Positions 15,986 through 24,709 of a stretch of DNA of 45,251 bases are shown here, in pieces; positions within the stretch are counted from its first letter, which is position 1, and every line of letters begins with the position of its first letter. The stretch lies in IMG/VR virus record IMGVR_UViG_3300044723_005978, positions 1 through 45,251 of that record; one strand, given 5' to 3'. The position numbers and the translations under genes were made by a program. Source of the DNA: a virus. Lineage: Duplodnaviria; Caudoviricetes. The notes below the pieces were generated by a model. That model was not told the DNA's origin. It saw nothing but the letters and a program-made list of their open reading frames with translations, and ran no database searches.

Positions 15986-17440
15986 ATGGAAGACGTTTGG
16001 ATTGAACGCTATAGGTTCAAAAACAAACCGTTTGCCCATCAACAAAAGTATCTCAGCCAGTATTGGAAAAGACCTGTTGCTGCGTTATTTGCTGATATGG
16101 GCACGGGTAAATCGTTTATGGTTATTAACAATATGGCAATGTTGTATGACCAAGGCCAGATCAATGCTGCTGTTGTGATTGCGCCCAAAGGCGTCTATCG
16201 GAACTGGGTGGATCAGGAACTGCCAAAGCACATGCCTGATCATATTATCAGTCGGATTGGCCTCTGGACCCCAAGTCCACGAAAAGCAGAAAAGGCAGAA
16301 CTCGAAAAGCTCTGGGACGTGACTGAGGACTTTAAAATCTTGATCATGAACGTGGAGGCCCTCAGCACCGCTAAGGGCGTCGAGTATGTCACGCGGTTCG
16401 TGAGAAGCACCAACTGCTTTATGGCAATTGACGAGTCGACCACGATTAAAACGCCCACCGCCAAGCGGGCCAAGAACGCCGTTAAGATTGGCAGACTGGC
16501 CAAATATCGCAGGATCATGACGGGCTCGCCTGTTACCCGCTCGCCTCTGGACCTGTTCCAGCAGTGTGACTTCCTGCACCCTGACTGCCTCAACAGCACG
16601 TCCTATTATGCCTTCAGGGCGCGCTACGCTGTGATGGTGGAGCGTCAGATGGGAAGCCATAGTTTTAAGAAAATCGTCGGATACAGAAAGCTAGACGAGC
16701 TAAAACAAAAGCTCGACAGGTTCAGCTTCAGAATCAGAAAGGATGAGTGCCTCGATCTGCCAGAAAAGACCTACATCCGGCGCGAGGTCCAGCTAACCAA
16801 AGAGCAGGTAACCGCTTACAGCGATATGAAAAAGATGGCTCTGGCCATGCTCGAGGGCGGCATGGTGACGACAGTGAATGCCCTGACACAGCTGATGAGG
16901 CTGCACCAGATTGTTTGCGGCCACGTCAAGCTAGACGATGACCGTGTGGTCCCAGTCAAAAACTACCGCCTCGACGAGCTCATGGCAGTGATTGACGAGG
17001 CGCCTGATAAGGTGATTATCTGGGCGAACTACCGTCATGACATTGAGACCATCAAGCTCGCGCTACAAAAGGAATACGGGATGAACTCCGTGGGCACCTA
17101 TTATGGTGACACTGACGACGATGAGAGAAGGCGCGTGGTCCGTGAGTTTCAGGACCCAGACAGCGAGCTCCGGTTCTTTGTCGGTAATCCCAGAACAGGC
17201 GGATACGGCCTGACGCTCACGGCTGCTGATACAGTTGTGTACTATAGTAACAGTTTTGACCTCGAGGTCCGACTGCAATCTGAGGACCGTGCTCACCGTA
17301 TCGGCCAGACCAAATCAGTGACCTATGTCGACCTGATGGCTCGTGGGACGGTAGACGAGAAGATCGTCAGAGCGTTGCGGGATAAAATTGACATTGCCAA
17401 TGAAGTGCTCGGAGAGGAGATCAAAGGATGGTTGATCTGA
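15986..17440 (+). CDS. SNF2-family (SF2) helicase
   Basis: DMGTGKS, DES, MTGSP, GGYGLTL, QSEDRAHRIGQ. Confidence 0.93.
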   Translation: MEDVWIERYRFKNKPFAHQQKYLSQYWKRPVAALFADMGTGKSFMVINNMAMLYDQGQINAAVVIAPKGVYRNWVDQELPKHMPDHIISRIGLWTPSPRKAEKAELEKLWDVTEDFKILIMNVEALSTAKGVEYVTRFVRSTNCFMAIDESTTIKTPTAKRAKNAVKIGRLAKYRRIMTGSPVTRSPLDLFQQCDFLHPDCLNSTSYYAFRARYAVMVERQMGSHSFKKIVGYRKLDELKQKLDRFSFRIRKDECLDLPEKTYIRREVQLTKEQVTAYSDMKKMALAMLEGGMVTTVNALTQLMRLHQIVCGHVKLDDDRVVPVKNYRLDELMAVIDEAPDKVIIWANYRHDIETIKLALQKEYGMNSVGTYYGDTDDDERRRVVREFQDPDSELRFFVGNPRTGGYGLTLTAADTVVYYSNSFDLEVRLQSEDRAHRIGQTKSVTYVDLMARGTVDEKIVRALRDKIDIANEVLGEEIKGWLI

Positions 17441-18126
17441 TACCAATCAAGAAGAATTTCAAATATGAAAGCCTAGTCCGACAGGACCTGCCCGAGGGCA
17501 GACGTTACGTTTACGGCGACCAGAAGCTCCCCAGCGTGACGACAATCCTGAGCGGGACCAAAGACAAAGCGGCTCTTGATGCTTGGGTCCAGCGTGTCGG
17601 TCAAGAGGAAGCTGACCGAGTGAAGAACGAAGCAGCCAAGGTGGGCACCTACATGCACGAAGTGATTGAGCGGATGGTGGCCTATCGGGACCTGCCCCGC
17701 CCGACGAACTGGGAAATGATAAAAGGCTTCGAGATGGGATACCGCTTGATTGACGCTTATTTCAGGAATCTCGACGAGATATGGGGCAGCGAGGTTATGC
17801 TGTACTACCCTGAGAAGTATGCTGGCACCACTGACTTGGTGGCGGTGTATCGAGGCAAGCCCGCCATTGTCGACTTCAAACAGTCAAATCGACCAAAGCG
17901 CCGCGAGTGGATTGAAGATTATTTCTGCCAGCTCGCAGCTTATGCACTTGCTCATGATTATCTGCATGGGACAAAGATCGACAACGCGGTGGTTCTGATG
18001 GCAGTTCGGGACGGTTCGACTGCTGAGTTTTCGACTGCTGGACGCGAGTTCCGGCAATATAAGGATACGTGGTTGAGACGAGTTGACCAGTTTTTTGAAT
18101 CACAGGAGTCCTCTACTTCTGAATGA
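17428..18126 (+). CDS. PD-(D/E)XK exonuclease (lambda-exo/MGME1-like)
   Basis: LPSVTTIL, GTYMH, E, YAGTTD, IVDFK, QLAAY. Confidence 0.88.
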   Translation: MVDLIPIKKNFKYESLVRQDLPEGRRYVYGDQKLPSVTTILSGTKDKAALDAWVQRVGQEEADRVKNEAAKVGTYMHEVIERMVAYRDLPRPTNWEMIKGFEMGYRLIDAYFRNLDEIWGSEVMLYYPEKYAGTTDLVAVYRGKPAIVDFKQSNRPKRREWIEDYFCQLAAYALAHDYLHGTKIDNAVVLMAVRDGSTAEFSTAGREFRQYKDTWLRRVDQFFESQESSTSE

Positions 18127-18319
18127 CCTCTAGCTTCGTTGTCTTTGGGATTCTTTTCTTTCCCAGAGTCGGCGAGTAGAAGTGATGGTACTTGGTCCCC
18201 TCTTTGTAAACCCAGCCTGCTGTCCAACCGAAGTCGCTGTGATACCAGACAGGAGCCCACCCACGGTTCTTAACCTTACGGACCGTGGGGTTCTTGATAA
18301 AGTAATCAGATTTTTTCAT
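18113..18319 (-). CDS. Small basic hypothetical protein
   Basis: 68 aa; AGAAAGGAGA SD; own promoter. Confidence 0.75.
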   Translation of the reverse strand: MKKSDYFIKNPTVRKVKNRGWAPVWYHSDFGWTAGWVYKEGTKYHHFYSPTLGKKRIPKTTKLEVIQK

Positions 18320-18348
18320 TTAGTGCTCTCCTTTCTCAGTACAAGGTC

Positions 18349-18385
18349 ATTATCTTCTATTCATAGCCCATTGTCAACTACTTTA
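18349..18385 (-). promoter_or_regulatory. Early-type promoter P8
   Basis: AAAGTAG-TTGACA (18377-18372), 17 bp, GATAAT (18354-18349). Confidence 0.85.
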
Positions 18386-18420
18386 TACTAAATTATTTTA
18401 ATTTATTTTAAAATGATCGC

Positions 18421-18448
18421 TTGACATTAGACTACTTTGTGTTACAAT
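18421..18448 (+). promoter_or_regulatory. Early-type promoter P9, divergent from P8
   Basis: TTGACA, 16 bp, TGnTACAAT. Confidence 0.8.
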
Positions 18449-18461
18449 GGCCTTGTTGATG

Positions 18462-18753
18462 AGAAAGGAGACAGTTATGAACAAACCAAACTTGCCCGAA
18501 ATCAAAAAGATCATTAAGAAAGCCCACCCCGATATAAAAAACTTAAAGGTCACTTGGGAGAAAAAGCCATTTTGGTTTGACGAGGCCGGTCGAGATTTTG
18601 CGGGATGGTGGGCTATAGTGAAGCTCGAAGCTGAAGGGTTCCGAACCACCATCAAGACTGCCACGGTTGATACGCGCGGGCGACGGGCCGGACGGCTTAT
18701 AGTCGGGTAGGGGGAGATAATTGGAAATCAGAAAGGAGACAGTTATGAACAAA
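18462..18753 (+). repeat. 24-bp exact direct repeat flanking one gene
   Basis: AGAAAGGAGACAGTTATGAACAAA at 18462-18485 and 18730-18753. Confidence 0.9.
18477..18710 (+). CDS. Hypothetical protein
   Basis: ATG after AGAAAGGAGA. Confidence 0.75.
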   Translation: MNKPNLPEIKKIIKKAHPDIKNLKVTWEKKPFWFDEAGRDFAGWWAIVKLEAEGFRTTIKTATVDTRGRRAGRLIVG

Positions 18754-18882
18754 GACTATGAAGAACCTTATTGGGAAGATGATCCTGACGTGGGAGCTGG
18801 CGGAGGCTGGAGCCCTGAAGTCCTAGCGATGCTTGAGAAAGCAAAAGGTAAACCCGAGAAAGGAGACGCCGATGAAAAATGA
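18745..18882 (+). CDS. 45-aa peptide (not in the ORF track)
   Basis: Hand translation MNKDYEEPYWEDDPDVGAGGGWSPEVLAMLEKAKGKPEKGDADEK; strong SD. Confidence 0.65.
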   Translation: MNKDYEEPYWEDDPDVGAGGGWSPEVLAMLEKAKGKPEKGDADEK

Positions 18883-19360
18883 AGCCAAGATCAAGCGTAT
18901 GGTCCGACGGTGCATGAATGAGCTCAAGAAAAAGAAGTATGAGCTCGACATCACTAAGGAAGACGTGGATCGGGCTCTCAAGATTACCCGAGTTGTCGAC
19001 AAGGGGTGGTGCAACGGGGCCACGTATGGCGGGCGGAATGTGATTCAGATCAACCTGTCATACTGGCAGCACAAGAAAGGCAAGCACTTCCAGAAGGAGT
19101 ATGACACCTTCAACAAGTGCCCCGTAATCGGTGGACGGTGGTGCGAGACTCTGGACCAGTCACTCTGGATAACCGTGGCTCACGAGGTGGCACACCACGT
19201 GCAGTATTCAAAGGGCCCGACTTGCCGGTGGCTCAAGAAGCACTACCGAAAGCCCCACGGTAGAGGCTTTCAGGATATCTACACTATCCTTCGATCAGCG
19301 GTGGTCAATAAGTTGCTACCCGACCCTGAGGGTGGGATCGAATGGAAAAAGGTCGGCTAA
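18872..19360 (+). CDS. SprT-like zinc metalloprotease domain protein
   Basis: TVAHEVAHH plus downstream PHGRGF; ATG after AGAAAGGAGA. Confidence 0.75.
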   Translation: MKNEAKIKRMVRRCMNELKKKKYELDITKEDVDRALKITRVVDKGWCNGATYGGRNVIQINLSYWQHKKGKHFQKEYDTFNKCPVIGGRWCETLDQSLWITVAHEVAHHVQYSKGPTCRWLKKHYRKPHGRGFQDIYTILRSAVVNKLLPDPEGGIEWKKVG

Positions 19361-21775
19361 CATTTGCCTGCTTTGAGATGGCCCTTGGTCCGTGGGACTG
19401 GGGGCTTCGGCCATCTGGGGTGCAGCAGGAGCAGGCGTTGGCGCTCCGCCAGTTGGCAGTCCACGAGTCGGAGGTGCAGGCCGACGAGCCTGCGGGGCAG
19501 CCGCCAGTGGTACACTGACTTCGACATCCTCCTCCTCTTCTACTTCAGGTGTCCCGCCCACAACTGCACCACCGCCTAGCGTGATACTGTCAGATAGTCT
19601 GCGTCTGCCGGTTGTCTGGCCAGTGACTGCGGAAGCAGCTCGGGACCTGCCATAAGAAGTTCGGGCTCCATTTACAAACATCCACTCACCTACAGCGTTG
19701 TAGACGTTAGTCGAGCCCATGGCTCTCATAAGTCTGCCGAGAATGCTTCCAATCGCAGCACCGCTGTTAGAGGCGTTCTTTGCAGTCCTCGTCATGCGCG
19801 CTGTAGTTTCGGCCAGATCAGACATAATCTGGAGCTCTTCTGGCTCGAATAAGGTTCCTAATAGTTCAGGGTTTCTTCTTCTGGCATCACGAAATTCTCG
19901 TGGAAACTTATTGGCTGCTCTGCCTGTCGCTGTTGACTGAACCCCATCGGAGATCAGCATAAACGCTTCCTGCCGGAACATGTCCCACTCAGCTTTAGGA
20001 AGCTGGTTCTTGAGCGTATTCAGAGTTCGGATCGCCTCTGGCTTACTAATCAGACCGCTAAACGTGGCTCCAAGGACCTTCTGTGCAGCCGCCTGCGGGG
20101 CGACTTCAAAGGTTCGGACTCCATCCTTGACTACTCTCTTGGTCAGGGTATTTAAAATGCCGCCCTTACTGTCCCAAGTTTCTTTGAACCCGCGATAATT
20201 TTTAATCGCATTAGCCCAAGCGCCTACCGCCTCAGCATTTCCATACAGGAGATTAGCGTCTGCCATCTCGTAAAGTTTGTCGTCAAGGAGCCCCAGAACT
20301 TCTCGCGCAGCCTGTGCATCACTACCTTTACCGTTTTTAGCCTGATTGACCAACTGGGTCCGGTAGGTTTGTATTCTTTCCAGACCCACGCCCTCTTCAA
20401 AGGCGTCGCTCAGGTTTTTCATTATGGAGTCAGTTACAGGGATGGCCAGTGGATCGAAATTCTTCCCTACCTGTTCTGCAATGGTTGTTCCGAAGCCAGA
20501 GGCATAATTTGGATCAAGGTAGGTACTCTGTCCCAGCTCCCTAGCTGATTCATACATCTTATCCGCACGGTCTCGAGCTGCCTTCTTTGCATTGTAAAGA
20601 GCCTGCTGAATCGCCGCTCCGCCCTCTTGACGCGCAACGGTGGGGCCGCCTCTAGCAATAATCTGCTGCATGGCGGTTATATTCTCTTCAATTGCTGCTT
20701 CTTGGGCCGCGAATCGTTCAGTTATGATTTCTTTGGCTCTATCGCCATAAACGCCTTTAGAGGCGAGGTCCTCAAAGAGCTGCTGCTCCAAGTCTCCGGT
20801 AATTTGGCCCGTGGTCAGCTCAACAGGAACCGGAAGGCCCTGAGCGCGCATCTTGGCCAGAGCCTCTTCGGGAACAGAGCCCTCTCTAAGCATCCGCGCC
20901 AAATCGTCATAGATCGCAATCTGCACCTCATCAGGATCGATGCCAAGGCTCTCAAGATAGTTTTTTGCCTCTGTGCTCAATTTAGCGTCTTTATCCACCA
21001 CCTTGGTAGGGTTTTTTCTAAAAAGGCTTGATATCCTGCCGCCCAGTGAGGAAAGAATCCTGCCAAAACCATAGGCTGCACCTGCCCATGCCCCGCTCTC
21101 GCCTGCAACAAAAGGATTGAATGAATCACCTGAAGAAAGGGCGGAGAACTCCTCTATGAGCGCACCCTCTGCCAGTCCAACGGTAACAATATCAGCCCCC
21201 ATAACAGAAGGCACTCCAAGTGCAGCTACCGCAGGCTCTAGCACTTGAGCAAGCGCAACCGCTCCAGTGAGTTGAGTTGCGGTAGGTATATCAAGACCTC
21301 GAGGATTGGGATAGAAGGTCTTCCATCCTTGCACTCTGCCTCTCTCGATATTGGGAACGGAAGCAATAACATTGTCAAAGCTATCCCGCATGGTCATAGC
21401 GCCGGGAAAGATTTCCTTGATCCCAGAGTCCAATCGATCAGGATCGAGAGTAGACGTAATCAAGGTCATGAGCTGTGCTTGCTGACCAGCAGAGGCTCTT
21501 AGCCCCAGCTTCTCGTGGCCTGCAATCGGAAGATTGGGATATTGAACCTTAGCGCCTGCAAACCAGTCGCCCACGTCTCTAACAACACCAGTAGCTACGT
21601 CTGACACCTCGCCCATCTTATTAATGGCCGAGGGGATAAGACCGGGCGTATAGGCACCCGTTACGATATCGATGCCCTGATCAGTCATGGCACCAAAATT
21701 ACCCGCCATGTAATTCTCGTAATCGGCTGGGCTCAGTTGTCCGCTGTAATCTACTTCTGCTGTTTCATTCGACAT
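19316..21775 (-). CDS. Large internal virion (ejection) protein
   Basis: 819 aa; last gene of the structural operon; helical; Pro-rich tail ending LFPFDP. Confidence 0.65.
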   Translation of the reverse strand: MSNETAEVDYSGQLSPADYENYMAGNFGAMTDQGIDIVTGAYTPGLIPSAINKMGEVSDVATGVVRDVGDWFAGAKVQYPNLPIAGHEKLGLRASAGQQAQLMTLITSTLDPDRLDSGIKEIFPGAMTMRDSFDNVIASVPNIERGRVQGWKTFYPNPRGLDIPTATQLTGAVALAQVLEPAVAALGVPSVMGADIVTVGLAEGALIEEFSALSSGDSFNPFVAGESGAWAGAAYGFGRILSSLGGRISSLFRKNPTKVVDKDAKLSTEAKNYLESLGIDPDEVQIAIYDDLARMLREGSVPEEALAKMRAQGLPVPVELTTGQITGDLEQQLFEDLASKGVYGDRAKEIITERFAAQEAAIEENITAMQQIIARGGPTVARQEGGAAIQQALYNAKKAARDRADKMYESARELGQSTYLDPNYASGFGTTIAEQVGKNFDPLAIPVTDSIMKNLSDAFEEGVGLERIQTYRTQLVNQAKNGKGSDAQAAREVLGLLDDKLYEMADANLLYGNAEAVGAWANAIKNYRGFKETWDSKGGILNTLTKRVVKDGVRTFEVAPQAAAQKVLGATFSGLISKPEAIRTLNTLKNQLPKAEWDMFRQEAFMLISDGVQSTATGRAANKFPREFRDARRRNPELLGTLFEPEELQIMSDLAETTARMTRTAKNASNSGAAIGSILGRLMRAMGSTNVYNAVGEWMFVNGARTSYGRSRAASAVTGQTTGRRRLSDSITLGGGAVVGGTPEVEEEEDVEVSVPLAAAPQARRPAPPTRGLPTGGAPTPAPAAPQMAEAPSPTDQGPSQSRQMLADLFPFDPTLRVG

Positions 21776-21782
21776 AACGAAA

Positions 21783-23570
21783 TTATCCGCGTCTTTGATC
21801 TCGTCTTATCTTTTCTTCCCAAAGCGGCCAAATCATGCCCTCTGGCTTGGTTATCCAGACCTCATACTCTATGCCTTCAGGGACGGGAGGAATGTCATCC
21901 TCTTTGCTCTCCGTTCTCACGGCTGGGGGCTCTGGAATCTCTAGCTTACGCTTCTCTCCGCCTCTTATATCGAAATAGGCATCAAGGTCTCCGCGTTCAA
22001 CGCGGTCATTGTAAAGCTGAATGTTTTGAATATCCCTGTTTCTACGCGCCTCAGTCATTTCTAACAAGGTTTGTTTAGACAGCGATCTTGTACCTGTCAG
22101 GACCTCTCTCAAGAACTCTCTTTCTGCTGGGGTATCCAGACCTCTGGCCCCAATTCCAAGAGCTCCAATCTGCTCAAATACGGCTGATCCCAGTAATGAA
22201 TCTAGGAACTGGTCCTGAGTAGCCCTGTTTGCGGCAAGTTCATCTGCTCCAAACTGACCTTTCAGACGATCAAACGTGGTAAAGAAGTTAGCGCCAATAC
22301 CTGTGTTGATATCCTCATTCAGGAGACTATTGAGCGTCTGGTCTATCTTGGACAGATTGCTCACGGACTTCTGAGCAGTGTTGACCAGTGCTCTGTCGTC
22401 TTCAGCTAGGTATTTAGCCAACGCCTCTGCATAGGTCTCGCCAGAGTTCACGTTGATATTTGCAGGAGGTTGACCACCGGGAGCATATAGTTTTCCGGTT
22501 TGATCTACCTGCCAAGCTCGATTAACGTCCAGACTTCGATTTTCTTTCTCTTTCGTGGTCAGGGTCCTAAAGCTCTTTGACTTGGCTGCCTGCTCCAGAA
22601 CGTCAAAATAACGCTCTTTCTCTGCTGCACTCAGTGCTTGAGCGGCGCCTACTTCAGACTGAGCTTGCTGCAATGCGGCAAGAGTTGCCTGCTGCTCGCC
22701 TTTGCGGGCCTCTGAAACACGGGCACCTATCTGAGCAGGAAGTTGACTGGCTGCTCCAGCCAATCGAGAGGCCATTGAACCGACCAAAGGCTGACCGCTT
22801 GGACCGACGTTTCCAGCAAAATTCAGTGCTGCCTGAGCTATATCCAGCATCATTTGACCACGGGCAGTTTCTTTGTCTCCTGTGCCCAGCAGTTCAGCGA
22901 ACTGGGGCTGTAGCTCCTTGGTTCGCGTCATTAGGTCAGGGATAGGAATTTCAGTGGGTCCTTGAGCAAACTGCTGCAAATAGATTTGTTTTGCTCTTTC
23001 TACCAACTCAGGAGGATAGTCTGAGTAGCTCATTGTGCTCTCAGTAGTGGTGGTCGATGCGTCACCGCCCTCTTGAAAGTATTTCACTTCCCCGCCCTTA
23101 GCCATTGGCATAGGAGGCATTGGCCCTTGGTCCATGGGCAAAGAAGCTACGCCACCGGGCAGTGGAGCACCCGGTGGCATAGAAGCAGGCGGCATCATTG
23201 CCGCCTCTGGGGGTGCTGGGGGCATACCACCTAAGGAAGCGATACCTTGCTGCGCCAATACTGGTTGCAGCAACGCCAAAACATCATCAGGAGTTTCCGC
23301 TGCATTGTCATATCCAACAAGATCAGCAAGCTCTTCACGGCGAGCCTCTACTGAGCGGTAGTCTCCCCGTAAGTTGTTCATCAGGATTTCAGGAGAATCA
23401 GGTTGACGGCTCATGATTCCGGCCATGTCGCTGGAATCACCCTCTTTACCCTTCATTTCTTCCTCAATCTCGGCCATGACTTCATCAAGATCGTCCATGA
23501 ACCCAGACATGATGCCGACGTTTTCGATCTGATCGTCGTCTACCATCTGCATTTTATCTTTCTTAGCCAT
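21783..23570 (-). CDS. Internal virion (ejection) protein
   Basis: 595 aa; acidic and Pro/Met-rich N-terminus; MAKGG and FQEGG motifs. Confidence 0.65.
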   Translation of the reverse strand: MAKKDKMQMVDDDQIENVGIMSGFMDDLDEVMAEIEEEMKGKEGDSSDMAGIMSRQPDSPEILMNNLRGDYRSVEARREELADLVGYDNAAETPDDVLALLQPVLAQQGIASLGGMPPAPPEAAMMPPASMPPGAPLPGGVASLPMDQGPMPPMPMAKGGEVKYFQEGGDASTTTTESTMSYSDYPPELVERAKQIYLQQFAQGPTEIPIPDLMTRTKELQPQFAELLGTGDKETARGQMMLDIAQAALNFAGNVGPSGQPLVGSMASRLAGAASQLPAQIGARVSEARKGEQQATLAALQQAQSEVGAAQALSAAEKERYFDVLEQAAKSKSFRTLTTKEKENRSLDVNRAWQVDQTGKLYAPGGQPPANINVNSGETYAEALAKYLAEDDRALVNTAQKSVSNLSKIDQTLNSLLNEDINTGIGANFFTTFDRLKGQFGADELAANRATQDQFLDSLLGSAVFEQIGALGIGARGLDTPAEREFLREVLTGTRSLSKQTLLEMTEARRNRDIQNIQLYNDRVERGDLDAYFDIRGGEKRKLEIPEPPAVRTESKEDDIPPVPEGIEYEVWITKPEGMIWPLWEEKIRRDQRRG

Positions 23571-23578
23571 GGAAGCTC

Positions 23579-24709
23579 CTACAATAGTCCTAGGTTTTTA
23601 GCGCCTGACGCGGCAGAAAGACCTGCTACACCCAGTCCGATAGCGGATTGAAGGGGGCTGGCGCTTGGGGCACTGGCAGAGGTCAGTGACATCTGCGTAG
23701 TTGGTGCCCCTCGATAAATATCTGAAACAAAGCCCAACTGCTGGTAAGGAGCCATTTGCTCTTGCAGTTGAGTTGCGCGAATGGCGTCTAGCTGTGCCTG
23801 CTCTGCCTGACGCTCCAGACCGCCCAGACCAGCAAGTAGTCTTGTGTCTTCCGCGCCTAGCTGCTGAGTGGCCTGACCCAAAGCACCGTATTGAGTGCCC
23901 AGAGAGCCAAACTGGCCGCCTAGCTGACCCAGAGTAGAAGCCTTGGAAAGGTCAACGCCTGCCTGTTGGGCAGTGAGGCCACCGATTCCTTGCGCTAGAT
24001 TGGCAAACTGCATGCCTGCCTGACCCAAAGCCTGACCTCCGGCCAGTTGACGACCTTGCTGGGCTTCAAAAGAACCTTGAGCAGCCTGTTGGGCCTGTAA
24101 ATAGTTCTGTGCGTAATCTTGCATGATTCGCTGCATCATCAGGTCTTGAACGCCACGCTCTGTTTCAGCGCGCTGCACTCCTTCACGAGTGCCTCCAAAA
24201 GCACCTGCTGCTACCGCTTGGGCAGCCTGCCCTTGGCCTGCGATATCTGCCTGACGACGCATTTCTCTTAGAGCGTTTTGAGTCACCTGCTCTTGGTACG
24301 GATTCATGAACGCTTGAGCAGAAGCAGGATCGTAAGCCTGTGCTGAACCAAGGATGCCGCCTATGCCCTGTCCAATGACAGGCACTGCTCTGCCCAGCAT
24401 TTCCTGAGCCGCTTGATACTGGGGCGCTGTCTGGATCGCTCCAGCCGCCAAAGCTCCACGCTGGGCAATGTCCATACCTTGAGTAAGGCCTTGAGCACCC
24501 GCCTGAATGTAAGGCTCAAAGGCTCCGACGCCCTGCTTGGCAAAATCAATTGCTTGCTGCTCAGTTGGAGCCAGCCCTGCTGCAACGGTAGGAACCGTCA
24601 TCATGGGCTGGTTATATAGACGTTGGGCCTCTTGCAGGAGACCGAGCTTATAGGCTTCGACCTCGGGGGCCTCACGCATTATCTGCGTGGTGGTTGAAAT
24701 ATCAGCCAT
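23579..24709 (-). CDS. Gln/Ala/Gly-rich DNA pilot/ejection protein
   Basis: FMNPY and AGAFGGTR motifs; Q/A/G-rich helices; hydrophobic C-terminus. Confidence 0.65.
   Translation of the reverse strand: MADISTTTQIMREAPEVEAYKLGLLQEAQRLYNQPMMTVPTVAAGLAPTEQQAIDFAKQGVGAFEPYIQAGAQGLTQGMDIAQRGALAAGAIQTAPQYQAAQEMLGRAVPVIGQGIGGILGSAQAYDPASAQAFMNPYQEQVTQNALREMRRQADIAGQGQAAQAVAAGAFGGTREGVQRAETERGVQDLMMQRIMQDYAQNYLQAQQAAQGSFEAQQGRQLAGGQALGQAGMQFANLAQGIGGLTAQQAGVDLSKASTLGQLGGQFGSLGTQYGALGQATQQLGAEDTRLLAGLGGLERQAEQAQLDAIRATQLQEQMAPYQQLGFVSDIYRGAPTTQMSLTSASAPSASPLQSAIGLGVAGLSAASGAKNLGLL

Noticed and set aside
17428-18126. Cas4-like call for the nuclease
   Set aside because: Lacks the four-Cys Fe-S cluster motif; an ordinary phage PD-(D/E)XK exonuclease
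9293-18126. Inteins or introns in the polymerase and helicases
   Set aside because: ORFs are continuous and of ordinary length, with no intein termini or homing endonuclease motifs seen
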